Of a stretch of DNA of 61,225 nucleotides, positions 28,999 to 38,312 are shown piece by piece. How positions within the stretch are numbered: position 1 is the stretch's first letter; every line of letters begins with the position of its first letter. Location of the stretch: the IMG/VR virus record IMGVR_UViG_3300021958_009066. One strand, given 5' to 3'. Position numbers and translations under genes: made by a program. Below the pieces are notes generated by a model, which had not been told where the DNA came from, did not search any database, and saw only the letters and a program-made list of their open reading frames with translations. The DNA is from an uncultured virus (IMG/VR IMGVR_UViG_3300021958_009066). Taxonomy: Duplodnaviria; Heunggongvirae; Uroviricota; Caudoviricetes.

Positions 28999-30397
28999 AT
29001 AAATTCATTCTTTTGTCTCCATGCTTGATACCGTATGTAAGTTGATCCATTATGTCTATAATTATAAGCTCTTTTTTACCTTTATGCAATCTTAAACCTC
29101 TTCCTATGCTTTGAATTATTTTTATTTTAGCTTTACCACCACCAGCGAACACTATATAATGTAAATTTTTAATGTTTATTCCGGTAGAAAATATTTTTGA
29201 AATTGCAATGATCAGAACATCATCATTTTCTTCCATCAAACCTCTGATTTTTTCTCGTTCGTTAATTTCTACATCACCTCTTATATAATATACTTGTTTA
29301 TCAGGGTTCTGTTCCACAACTTGATCATATATCAATTGACCATGTTCTATATAATCAACCATTATTAAACAGTTGTTATCAATGTTTTTACACAAACGTC
29401 CAAGTAATTTATTCCTAAACTCACTTTTGGTTATAAATTCTATCTCTTTACGGTACTTATCATTAGGATTTTCACATGGTTCTGGTTTAGATGCATGTTC
29501 TAATTTTATAACTTTAGCTTTTACTTTACCTATAAACTCTTCGTCTCTCAAGTCTTTACTGTTTTTTTCATACAACTTAGGACCTATCAACCCAAATATG
29601 TTCCATTGATCTAGCATGGGCTCCGGTAGGGTACCAGTGAGTCCGAACTTGTTTGGTGTTATTATATCTTTGACTAGTTTGTTTATTTTGTTACCTTTTC
29701 TCAGCATGTGCACTTCATCTACAACAAGCATGTCAATATATTTTGTCCAATCTAGATCTGTTTTTGAACTTTGCAGTATACCTACATTTGCTACGACTAT
29801 GTTTGCGGTAGGGTCCAATGGTTCATTACCTGTCCATTTACATGTACTATATGATACATTGTAATCTTCGAAATCTTGGCATGTCTGATGTACTAAATTT
29901 AGAGTAGGTACAACTACAAGACATTTGAATTGATCTGGTTTTTCAGTTTTCTTGAACACTGTTTCTATCAAACATGCCATTGTAAGTGTTTTACCACCAG
30001 CGGTGGCAAGAACAACAACACCTCTACCGATTTTGAGACATTGTCTCACTATGTCTTGTTGATAGTCTCTCAAGTCGAGTTTGAGACTAGCTAGATCCTT
30101 TATATCGTAGCTAGGTCTTATGTTCTGTAAAAATCTTTGATTGTATGCAAATGCAACATCTTTGTATGTATCTTGTACAAATCGTTTGAGTTCATAAAAT
30201 ATACCAGGAGAGAATCTACCGGTAGGAGTTATAGCATACAATCGTTTAGGCGTGTATCTAGCAAACCTTCTTTGAAATCTATACTGATCGTTAGGTACAC
30301 TGAAATGTTCTCTTATATGACCGAATAATTCTGGTTCACATTTGATGGTTGCAACACCTTTGGTATGCTCCCAGTCGAACTGGATGAGCTTGCTCAC
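28940..30397 (-). CDS. uvsW: SF2 helicase
   Basis: LRDYQ, ATAGGKT, VDEVH, GLTGT, QSIGRGLR. Confidence 0.94.
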   Translation of the reverse strand: MSKLIQFDWEHTKGVATIKCEPELFGHIREHFSVPNDQYRFQRRFARYTPKRLYAITPTGRFSPGIFYELKRFVQDTYKDVAFAYNQRFLQNIRPSYDIKDLASLKLDLRDYQQDIVRQCLKIGRGVVVLATAGGKTLTMACLIETVFKKTEKPDQFKCLVVVPTLNLVHQTCQDFEDYNVSYSTCKWTGNEPLDPTANIVVANVGILQSSKTDLDWTKYIDMLVVDEVHMLRKGNKINKLVKDIITPNKFGLTGTLPEPMLDQWNIFGLIGPKLYEKNSKDLRDEEFIGKVKAKVIKLEHASKPEPCENPNDKYRKEIEFITKSEFRNKLLGRLCKNIDNNCLIMVDYIEHGQLIYDQVVEQNPDKQVYYIRGDVEINEREKIRGLMEENDDVLIIAISKIFSTGINIKNLHYIVFAGGGKAKIKIIQSIGRGLRLHKGKKELIIIDIMDQLTYGIKHGDKRMNLYDEEKINYNISTIQEKKTG

Positions 30398-30789
30398 GTC
30401 GTTTCTAATCGCATGATCTCGACTAGATTCTTGATGTCATATGTCATGCTTGATAATATTCTTTCCGCTTTTTCTAGAAACTCTATCAGCACATTCAACT
30501 CTTCTATACGGTGTGTTATGTCTACAATGCTGTCATGATTGGCAGCTGCTTTTTCAGCTACAGGCTTGGTCACTTTGTATGTGGTGCTGCTTTGTATTTT
30601 TTCAGCCACTTTCTTTTTCAGAGCGTATTTTTGCTGATTCAATCTTACGATCTCAAATTTGTGCCTCATGAGTCTACCCACCCATTTGTGTTTGAATGCC
30701 GGTAGTTTCATTTGACAGTCTCTAATGTTAAACTGATCCAATTTGACATCTTTTTCAAGTTCTATAATGTAATTTTCAAGAGTGTCCAT
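30394..30789 (-). CDS. uvsY: Recombination mediator
   Basis: Helical 131 aa ending YDIKNLVEIMRLE, upstream of uvsW. Confidence 0.8.
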   Translation of the reverse strand: MDTLENYIIELEKDVKLDQFNIRDCQMKLPAFKHKWVGRLMRHKFEIVRLNQQKYALKKKVAEKIQSSTTYKVTKPVAEKAAANHDSIVDITHRIEELNVLIEFLEKAERILSSMTYDIKNLVEIMRLETT

Positions 30790-30797
30790 AAATACTT

Positions 30798-30826
30798 ATT
30801 ATAGTATATATTTATACAATAATCAA
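30798..30826 (-). promoter_or_regulatory. Sigma70-type promoter of uvsY operon with embedded TATAAATA
   Basis: TTGATT-N17-TATAAT-N8-ATG; spacer contains TATAAATA on the same strand. Confidence 0.65.
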
Positions 30827-30827
30827 T

Positions 30828-31100
30828 ATGAGTTTATTCAACAAATACTTCACTAGATTAATACAAGAAGAAATTGGCATGACCAGTGGTGGTGGTGGAG
30901 GTGTTTTTGGAGCTGGTGGGGACCAAGGTGGTATGTTTCCAGGTGGAAGTGATTTTTATGCCCCTGGAGATGCAAGAATACCGGATCTTTTAGGTAGCAA
31001 GAAAAAGCGTAAAAAGCGTAAAAAAAAGAAACGTAAATCTAAAAAAATTAAACGAGAGCAAATTAAAATACAACGTAGAAACTTAAGTAGAACGCTGTAA
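30828..31100 (+). CDS. Small Gly-rich/basic protein, putative internal head or DNA-condensing protein
   Basis: MSLFNKYFTRLIQEE, DFYAPGDARIP, K/R tract. Confidence 0.6.
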   Translation: MSLFNKYFTRLIQEEIGMTSGGGGGVFGAGGDQGGMFPGGSDFYAPGDARIPDLLGSKKKRKKRKKKKRKSKKIKREQIKIQRRNLSRTL

Positions 31101-31108
31101 ATATATAC

Positions 31109-31609
31109 ATGCCTAGTGCAAGTAAGAGCAAAGGTAACCGCGGAGAGCGTGCGGTTGCAGATCGATTATCAGAGATTTTCAATTTAAATTTCGAACGAGT
31201 ACCTAACAGTGGCGCGTTTGTCGGTGGTAAAAATTCATCACGGTTAGCTAGATTATCGAAGAGTCAGCAACTGTTGACCGAAGGTGACTTGATTGTACCG
31301 GAAGAATTGCATCACATGAAGATTGAATGCAAGACATACAAAGATTTTTCATGGAAAAGTTTATTCTCAACCAACAAGCAGCTTGAAGATTGGATATCAC
31401 AAGCGAAAGACACATCCAAATTATGGTTCCTAACATTCAAAATAAATTACTGTGACACTTGTGTCGTCTTCTCACATGAACATTTAGAGTATTTCGAGCT
31501 TCCGGAAAGCTTCCATGTATACAAGAATGAGTTTATAATTTGCAACTTTGAGACTTTTTTCAAAAAAAATGCAGAACGAGTGTTGCAATTAGGATCTGAG
31601 TGGTTATAA
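31109..31609 (+). CDS. Hjc-type PD-(D/E)XK Holliday junction resolvase
   Basis: KGNRGER, RVPNSGA, GDL, IECK. Confidence 0.8.
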   Translation: MPSASKSKGNRGERAVADRLSEIFNLNFERVPNSGAFVGGKNSSRLARLSKSQQLLTEGDLIVPEELHHMKIECKTYKDFSWKSLFSTNKQLEDWISQAKDTSKLWFLTFKINYCDTCVVFSHEHLEYFELPESFHVYKNEFIICNFETFFKKNAERVLQLGSEWL

Positions 31610-31619
31610 TATAAAAGCC

Positions 31620-32177
31620 GTGCTGAGAAATACCGTTGTAGATCAATATAACTTAAATCTAATAAACTATAATGCGATATTCGCGGAGCAAGTTGAGCCA
31701 GTCGTCATTAATGAGTTGTATGATCTTAATTTGTTGATTGAAGATAGTCTCGATTTCACTAAAACAGCAACATGTGCTGTGACACATTATATAATAGATA
31801 GCTTATGTCAATATATTATCGAGAACAAAACACAACTCGAGCAACCAGTTTTTGTTGTTTGCCCGGAATGTATCAATCACGGTGAATTGAACAAGTATAT
31901 ATCCGAGAAAACAGATTTAAGTACTTTTGTACTCAAACAGTTTAATAAACTCAAAAATATTCTAGGTATAAAATCTATTATATATGATCATGAATTTGAA
32001 ATACTTACCGAACGTGTCAAATCACGCGATGGTGATACTATAGAGCTGTTGAGCTCAATTGATAATAATACGCCTCGTGATTTGTACAAATTGTATAAAT
32101 TCGTCAACAAGATGGGTCTCAAAGGGATCAAACAGAAATTCTTCGAAGATCAGCAATACAAACAAGTGTTTATATAG
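31620..32177 (+). CDS. Hypothetical protein
   Basis: ORF tiling. Confidence 0.6.
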   Translation: MLRNTVVDQYNLNLINYNAIFAEQVEPVVINELYDLNLLIEDSLDFTKTATCAVTHYIIDSLCQYIIENKTQLEQPVFVVCPECINHGELNKYISEKTDLSTFVLKQFNKLKNILGIKSIIYDHEFEILTERVKSRDGDTIELLSSIDNNTPRDLYKLYKFVNKMGLKGIKQKFFEDQQYKQVFI

Positions 32178-32208
32178 AAAAAACCTAGTTTACAGCATAA
32201 ATAATAGC

Positions 32209-32493
32209 ATGAGACGTTTCGAACAAATTATTGAAGATCAATACAAGCGACTTGGTATCGCTCTGGAAGCTGATGATGAAAGTGATCCTTTAGAGGATGA
32301 TAACAAAAAGCAGAAGGAGGATCTCGAGATGCACAAGCAGTATACTGACAAAGCAGAGGATGAAGCTCATAGCGCAAACATGGGTGCTCAAACTGCACGT
32401 CAAAAACTAGCTAAAGCAGAGACACAGCATCACACTACCAAGACTAACGCTAGCAACAAAAAGCTTAAAAAAATCGAATCCGGGCAAGGTTGA
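32209..32493 (+). CDS. Hypothetical late protein
   Basis: Start reassigned to ATG 32209 (MRRFEQIIE), 5 nt after CATAAATA. Confidence 0.6.
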   Translation: MRRFEQIIEDQYKRLGIALEADDESDPLEDDNKKQKEDLEMHKQYTDKAEDEAHSANMGAQTARQKLAKAETQHHTTKTNASNKKLKKIESGQG

Positions 32494-32957
32494 AGAAGTT
32501 TAACCAGTTAATTGAGGATCTGATTTATGAACAACCAGATCCAGCAATGGACCCCGCTGCCATGGCCCCAGTAGATCCTGCCGCGGCTGCTCCAGTGGCT
32601 CCAGGAGCCGGTGAACAACCAGATGCTAGCCCAGAGAAATCTGCACTTAGTCCGGCAGCTGAAGTTACACTTGTTAGATTGTTACTCAAAGCTCTTGTTA
32701 TCAATATAGAAGACTCAGATCTATCTACTCTCAACAAACTAGATCAACCTGAAATCAATGCAGAGAATGCTGATCAGGTCAAGCAAGATGTAATATCTGT
32801 AATAAATGCACAACAAACCCGGGGAGAGAACGAAGATCGGGTAGATTCTGTACGTGAGTTGATGGGCAGTATCAACGAGAAGAATAGCAAAAGCATGTTA
32901 AATAAATTTGTTAACTTGATGAAACAGTATAGTGACGTTAATATATCTGATGTATGA
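32490..32957 (+). CDS. Putative internal head protein
   Basis: MKKFNQLIEDLIYE then P/A-rich linker. Confidence 0.55.
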   Translation: MKKFNQLIEDLIYEQPDPAMDPAAMAPVDPAAAAPVAPGAGEQPDASPEKSALSPAAEVTLVRLLLKALVINIEDSDLSTLNKLDQPEINAENADQVKQDVISVINAQQTRGENEDRVDSVRELMGSINEKNSKSMLNKFVNLMKQYSDVNISDV

Positions 32958-34459
32958 ACTTCAACAAACCATCCAAACCTTTCAAGTATAAATCACTTGT
33001 AGATGTATACACAGAATCACGACAAATACAAGAAAATGTAAGCATAATCGGTGTACCTGAGACCGGTGAACAAGAAGATCTTGGGGCAGTCACTAATGAT
33101 GAGTATCAGAAATTGAAACGTCTGGTGTTGAGTAAAGCGGACGGTGGTGTTGAAAGCTTGGTGAAGCAGTTGTTACGGTTGGGTAAATGGGAAGAGATTT
33201 CAGATATCGACACCATAGTATTGGAAATATTTTTACAGCATGACATTGATGTACAAGTATTAAACAAGCTTGTAGAGAAGAAGAAAAACGGAACATTAGG
33301 CAAGCTAGAGAGTTGTATAAATAAAAATGGTACATGGAACTTGATGCATGCGGTTGATCCACTAGCGGGTAGATTAACAAAAAACTTCAACAAACTATTC
33401 AAAGACCTAACTTACAAAGTACAACCTAAAATAGCGACTGTCAGTGTAGGTCCTGGTGAGATCAGCTTGAGCATGTTCACCAACGCTACAAAAGGTGATG
33501 TAGGTGATTTGATGCTTGATGGTATGGAATTAGAAATCAAAGGAGACGGTGGTCGATTGGGCAGCAGCGACTACACAAAATCTATATTCACCACACCGGG
33601 TAATAAATACTTGAACATCTTAAACGACCGCGGTACAGGTCAGCACTTCTCTCAAGCTGAAGTACCACAAATACGCGCAAAAATTGCAATCAAAGCAACT
33701 GCTGCTAGGAAAAACTTTGCAACCATGAGAAAGGCGGCTAGTAAGCTTCCAGAGATTATAGAACAGATCGAAGGAACATACAATCAATTGGATAAAAACT
33801 TAGAATCATTAGAAGACCCTAAATCAGTAGTTGATCCAAAACTTGCCGTTAATAATATTCAGACCGCGTTTGATGCAGCTGCTCAGTACACTTTTCTACC
33901 ACTGACAAAATCTAGTAAAGAGAACACACAAGCGGTGCTCAACCTACTGGACCAATTGATCAACACAAATGAAACAAAAACTGACTACAACTGGCAGAGC
34001 AGCACTCAATACATGTTCAACCATGACTGGGGCATGACCGCCCGAGAGATGGCAGAAGCATTTGTTGAGATGAGAACAGAAGAGATGGACGCTGGTGCTG
34101 TAGCATCATTAACCAGCGCTGCCGAAGAAATATTTAAAAATTCAGATCTGGTGAAACAATTGACGAGCCTGAAACCTGCGCAAAAAGGTAAAACAAAAAC
34201 AATTGGTCAAGTTAACCTGCAAAGATTACAAGCAGCATTGATGGCCACATCCTATCAGTCAGCTCACGGTTTTGAACGTATAATCGTGTTGAACACCGGT
34301 ACACTAGCAGCTGCCAATATAAAATTTGAACCAACACACGATACTGGTCAAAAATTCAAGGAAGTTTACAAACAACTCAACAACAACCCTGGTATATTTG
34401 TGTCAAATCCAGGTGTAGATACACGAAACAAAGGTATAGGTATAAGTGTAGCTGGTTAA
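32954..34459 (+). CDS. Putative PD-(D/E)XK nuclease-fold protein
   Basis: VGPGE...GDL...ELEIK arrangement. Confidence 0.5.
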   Translation: MNFNKPSKPFKYKSLVDVYTESRQIQENVSIIGVPETGEQEDLGAVTNDEYQKLKRLVLSKADGGVESLVKQLLRLGKWEEISDIDTIVLEIFLQHDIDVQVLNKLVEKKKNGTLGKLESCINKNGTWNLMHAVDPLAGRLTKNFNKLFKDLTYKVQPKIATVSVGPGEISLSMFTNATKGDVGDLMLDGMELEIKGDGGRLGSSDYTKSIFTTPGNKYLNILNDRGTGQHFSQAEVPQIRAKIAIKATAARKNFATMRKAASKLPEIIEQIEGTYNQLDKNLESLEDPKSVVDPKLAVNNIQTAFDAAAQYTFLPLTKSSKENTQAVLNLLDQLINTNETKTDYNWQSSTQYMFNHDWGMTAREMAEAFVEMRTEEMDAGAVASLTSAAEEIFKNSDLVKQLTSLKPAQKGKTKTIGQVNLQRLQAALMATSYQSAHGFERIIVLNTGTLAAANIKFEPTHDTGQKFKEVYKQLNNNPGIFVSNPGVDTRNKGIGISVAG

Positions 34460-34476
34460 CGAGCATAAATAATGTT

Positions 34477-35745
34477 ATGTACTCGTTCAAACAATATTTA
34501 CTTCATGTAGAGAGTAAAAACACTCACCTGGAGCATGTTGAAGATGAATTGATAAATCATGGAACAGCAGGTGTGGAACGTGCATTGAGCATGTATATAG
34601 GATTGTTAGACACCTTGCAAGGACACGCAACTGAACCTGTGGATATCACGACAAAATGGGATGGTGCTCCGGCTATATTCGCTGGGACGGATCCAGCTGA
34701 TGGTAAATTTTTCGTAGGTACTAAAGCAGTTTTTGGTAAAATTCCAAAAATGAACAAACGTATCACGGATATAAATCGTAATCACGGAGACGTGAAACGA
34801 GGTGATTCAACACAGGACAAAAGTCAGTTGAGAAAGAAATTGAAAACTGCTTTCAAAGCTTTAAAGAACATCGGAATAGAAGGGTACGTGCTACAAGGAG
34901 ACATGTTGTACACGAAAGATAGTGTACGTGAAGCTACAATAGATGGGGAGAATCATCTAGTGTTCAAACCAAATACTATCACATACGCTGTTCCGGTAGG
35001 TTCAGATCTAGCTAAAAAAATCAAGAGTACCGACATGGGAATAGTGTTTCATACCATGTACACAGGTGGGCCAACAATACATGACATGAGCGCCAGTTTC
35101 GGCTTCAAAGCAGACAGATTGACACCACATTCAAGTGTCTGGTTTGATGATGCTACATTCAAAGATGTGAGTGGTCAAGTGCAATTGACACCAGGAGAAA
35201 CAGCCACGATACGTGAATTGATACGTGAATGTAAGAATCATTTCTGGCAGATAAAAGACGTGATAGATTTTGTCAATGTCAAGGATCATATTTCAGATCT
35301 CAAAGTAGAGCTCAAAGCTCATATAAACAGTGCGATCAAAACACAAGGTCAATTTGAAGCGGATCCGGTGAAATTCGCCAATAGTTTCATAGATCGATAC
35401 ATAGACAAATCTGAACGAGCAATAGCCAAACTCAAAACAGAAACCGGGCAAATACGCAAACGACAAGCGATGGAAGCCGGTGTTTTATTTCTAGAACAAA
35501 ATCGAGCAAACATCGAGATGATGTACGATTTATACATCAAATTGATGAAAATTAAAAATGTATTTGTGACAAAACTATCCAACTTGAGAGCAATGGATAG
35601 CTTCATTGAACAAGAAGACGGTAGCTTTCAAGTGACCAAACCAGAAGGATTTGTAGCGGTAGATCACATCGGTAACGCGGTAAAACTAGTCGATAGACTA
35701 GAGTTCAGCAAAGCAAATTTTGACCCTAACAAAAAATTCGGCTAA
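34477..35745 (+). CDS. Conserved T4-like phage protein (DUF6267-like) with ligase-type nucleotidyltransferase motifs
   Basis: KNTHLEH, TKWDGAP, LQGD, PEGFV, AVKLVDRLEFS. Confidence 0.7.
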   Translation: MYSFKQYLLHVESKNTHLEHVEDELINHGTAGVERALSMYIGLLDTLQGHATEPVDITTKWDGAPAIFAGTDPADGKFFVGTKAVFGKIPKMNKRITDINRNHGDVKRGDSTQDKSQLRKKLKTAFKALKNIGIEGYVLQGDMLYTKDSVREATIDGENHLVFKPNTITYAVPVGSDLAKKIKSTDMGIVFHTMYTGGPTIHDMSASFGFKADRLTPHSSVWFDDATFKDVSGQVQLTPGETATIRELIRECKNHFWQIKDVIDFVNVKDHISDLKVELKAHINSAIKTQGQFEADPVKFANSFIDRYIDKSERAIAKLKTETGQIRKRQAMEAGVLFLEQNRANIEMMYDLYIKLMKIKNVFVTKLSNLRAMDSFIEQEDGSFQVTKPEGFVAVDHIGNAVKLVDRLEFSKANFDPNKKFG

Positions 35746-35760
35746 TGATAAATAATTATT

Positions 35761-36477
35761 ATGACAATTGATTATACTAATGATGATTCTGTACAGAGGT
35801 CACAGGACTTAATGTTGGAGATTGGTAAAAAATACGGTACTGATAAAGTATCAAAACATCAATATCACACAATATATCCATTATATTTAGATAAATATCG
35901 CGATACATCTGGAAATATGATCGAGGTAGGCTTGAATAGATCAAAGTCTTTAAAAATGTATATGGAGTTACTTCCAAATATGCATATATATGCACTAGAT
36001 ATTAATCCTTTCTTCAATATATCAGCCTTGCAAGAAATAGAAGGTTTTGATTTGGAAACAATGAAAAGTGACAGGTGTACCGTAATCAAGTGTGATCAGA
36101 GCTCGATTGATGATCTGAACGATGTAAAAACTAAAATCAATCTCGGTATCGACATCATAAGTGATGACGGTTCACATGTTCCGGAACATCAAGTACTAAC
36201 ATTCAACTCATTATTTCCTATGTTAAATTCTGGAGGGATTTATATCATAGAAGATATTGAAACCTCATACTATAATTGGGCAACGAAAAAAATATATGGT
36301 AGGTATAATATAAAATACGGAACGGGTCACCCGAATAGCTGCATAGAACAGTTCAAAAAAGTAATTGAAGGTATCAATCATAAATACGCAAATTACTATT
36401 CACCAGAAATTGAACATCAACATGAAATACATAGTGTTACATTCGCACTAAATTGTATCATTATAATAAAAAAATAA
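35761..36477 (+). CDS. SAM-dependent sugar O-methyltransferase (MycE-like)
   Basis: GTDK...HQY, IEVG, CDQS, DDGSH, GGIYIIEDI. Confidence 0.85.
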   Translation: MTIDYTNDDSVQRSQDLMLEIGKKYGTDKVSKHQYHTIYPLYLDKYRDTSGNMIEVGLNRSKSLKMYMELLPNMHIYALDINPFFNISALQEIEGFDLETMKSDRCTVIKCDQSSIDDLNDVKTKINLGIDIISDDGSHVPEHQVLTFNSLFPMLNSGGIYIIEDIETSYYNWATKKIYGRYNIKYGTGHPNSCIEQFKKVIEGINHKYANYYSPEIEHQHEIHSVTFALNCIIIIKK

Positions 36478-36481
36478 TAAC

Positions 36482-37063
36482 ATGATTGGTTCATTCAAAG
36501 ATTTCGTCAGCAGACAAGCTGATATAGCACTTGTACCTGGTAGCTTCAAACCACCTCACAAAGGTCATTATCAGATGGTGAGCATCTATTCCGGTATGGC
36601 TAATGATGTGGTTGTGTTGATATCTGCTCCAAGCGCCAAGAGTCAACGAGTTACAAAGACTGGTCAAGTGATCACACCAGAAGTGTCCAAGAAAATATTT
36701 GATTTATACACAAGCAATCTACCGAATGTTACAGTAGAGATAAGCAGCATGCCGAGCCCTGTAGGTGCAGCTTATCAAGCATTAGAAACGTTAGGTGGTA
36801 AACGAGTCATACTAGGTGCTAGTAAAAAAGACAACGATTGGAAGCGTTGGAGTGGTGCTCAAAAATGGGCTCAAAGCAAAGATTTAAATATTGATATCAT
36901 GGACCCGGAACAAACCGCAGTGAATGTACTTGACAAAGCAGATGGTACACCTTATAGTGCATCAAATATACGTAATAATTTTGATGACCCTAACGCTATA
37001 CTAGAAGATATTCCGGAGCATGTTGATCCAGAACAAGTTCAAAGCATACTCGCTAGTCTTTAA
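36482..37063 (+). CDS. HIGH-family nucleotidyl/cytidyltransferase
   Basis: PGSFKPPHKGH, SASNIR. Confidence 0.88.
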   Translation: MIGSFKDFVSRQADIALVPGSFKPPHKGHYQMVSIYSGMANDVVVLISAPSAKSQRVTKTGQVITPEVSKKIFDLYTSNLPNVTVEISSMPSPVGAAYQALETLGGKRVILGASKKDNDWKRWSGAQKWAQSKDLNIDIMDPEQTAVNVLDKADGTPYSASNIRNNFDDPNAILEDIPEHVDPEQVQSILASL

Positions 37064-37193
37064 CAAAATAGTGTATAACTGCAAAAGTAGCTACTGCTAC
37101 TAGAAGAAATAATCCTGTGGTCGTTAATAATTGGTGACTCATGTGTCCACATGTACCAGTGGTACATTCAATTGTTTGTACTAGTGTGTTCAT
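37053..37193 (-). CDS. 46-aa single-TM protein (absent from ORF track)
   Basis: [50 protein letters not shown] overlap with folE stop. Confidence 0.6.
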   Translation of the reverse strand: MNTLVQTIECTTGTCGHMSHQLLTTTGLFLLVAVATFAVIHYFVKD

Positions 37194-37834
37194 CGTTTTA
37201 AATCTCTAATAAAATCGTAGAATTCTTGACGAGTGTTTATATCGTCTTTATCGAGAAATGCTCCGGTCATACGCGCTGTTTTCATAGTACTGTCATGTCT
37301 GACACCACGTACACAAGCACACAAGTGATTAGCTTCAACCATCACAGCTACACCTTTATTACCTGTAGCTACTTTGCTCAGATGTTGATGTATTTGCATG
37401 GTCAAATTCTCTTGTACTTGTGGTCTTCTTGCGAACCACTCGACCGTTCTGTTCAGTTTACTCAAACCTATCACTTTACCATCTTTACCTGGAATGTATG
37501 CAACATGAGCATATCCTACGAACGGTAGATGATGGTGAGAGCACATGCTTGTAACCTTTATATTACCTTGAAACACCACACCGTCATAACCATCTACATT
37601 GTCAAATGCAGTGATCTTAGGTGGGTTACTGTAACAACCTTCAGCCAAGTCATTCACAAAAGCTTTTGCTACTCGTCGAGGTGTGTCAGCGCTATTAGGA
37701 TCAGATCTCCAATCGAAACCAAGAGCGTCCATATACGCTTCATATGCTTTTGCAGCATTCTCAATAATCTGTTCTTGCTCTTCCGGTGATCTTGGATGAT
37801 TACCATTAGCATATTGTAATTTGAAAGAATCCAT
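37190..37834 (-). CDS. folE: GTP cyclohydrolase I
   Basis: [39 protein letters not shown]; start moved to ATG 37834. Confidence 0.96.
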   Translation of the reverse strand: MDSFKLQYANGNHPRSPEEQEQIIENAAKAYEAYMDALGFDWRSDPNSADTPRRVAKAFVNDLAEGCYSNPPKITAFDNVDGYDGVVFQGNIKVTSMCSHHHLPFVGYAHVAYIPGKDGKVIGLSKLNRTVEWFARRPQVQENLTMQIHQHLSKVATGNKGVAVMVEANHLCACVRGVRHDSTMKTARMTGAFLDKDDINTRQEFYDFIRDLKR

Positions 37835-37840
37835 ACAATG

Positions 37841-37869
37841 ATTATACATGATACTATCGAGTAATTCAA
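37841..37869 (-). promoter_or_regulatory. Sigma70-type promoter of folE
   Basis: TTGAAT-N17-TATAAT-N6-ATG. Confidence 0.78.
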
Positions 37870-37889
37870 GAGTTATTTGATAAATAATT

Positions 37890-38312
37890 GTGGTGAAATT
37901 TAACAATATATTAGAACAAGCTCTTAGCAACACCACTCTCAAGCGTGTACGCTTGAAAACTGACCCATTAGATCGAAACAATCCGATCAACAGTTTTCCA
38001 TACGAAGGTTACATAATTGAGGAGAACGAAGGTATATTGAGAATCATGGTGATGGATCCAGATTTTCAAGATGATGGAGTGATTGACATGTCACCATGTG
38101 ATGTTGAACCCGCCGGAGGGCAGACCTTCGAACAATTCAAACAATTCGCTTTGAACTATGTGATGGGTAAAAACAAAGGTGATTGTTCAGAAGCGTCAAT
38201 TGATAATATATTACATGCTGGGGACATACAACACCTGGAAGCGTTTCTCAAAGAGCAAGGAGTTGAACGCGTAGAATTTGAACAAATGAGCAAATTGTTC
38301 CTCATGTCATGA
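37890..38312 (+). CDS. Hypothetical late protein
   Basis: GATAAATA 37879-37886; (M)KFNNILE, start may be 37893. Confidence 0.6.
   Translation: MVKFNNILEQALSNTTLKRVRLKTDPLDRNNPINSFPYEGYIIEENEGILRIMVMDPDFQDDGVIDMSPCDVEPAGGQTFEQFKQFALNYVMGKNKGDCSEASIDNILHAGDIQHLEAFLKEQGVERVEFEQMSKLFLMS

Noticed and set aside
37835..37990. N-terminal extension of folE
   Set aside because: Spans its own promoter and the divergent gene; the start at 37834 fits.
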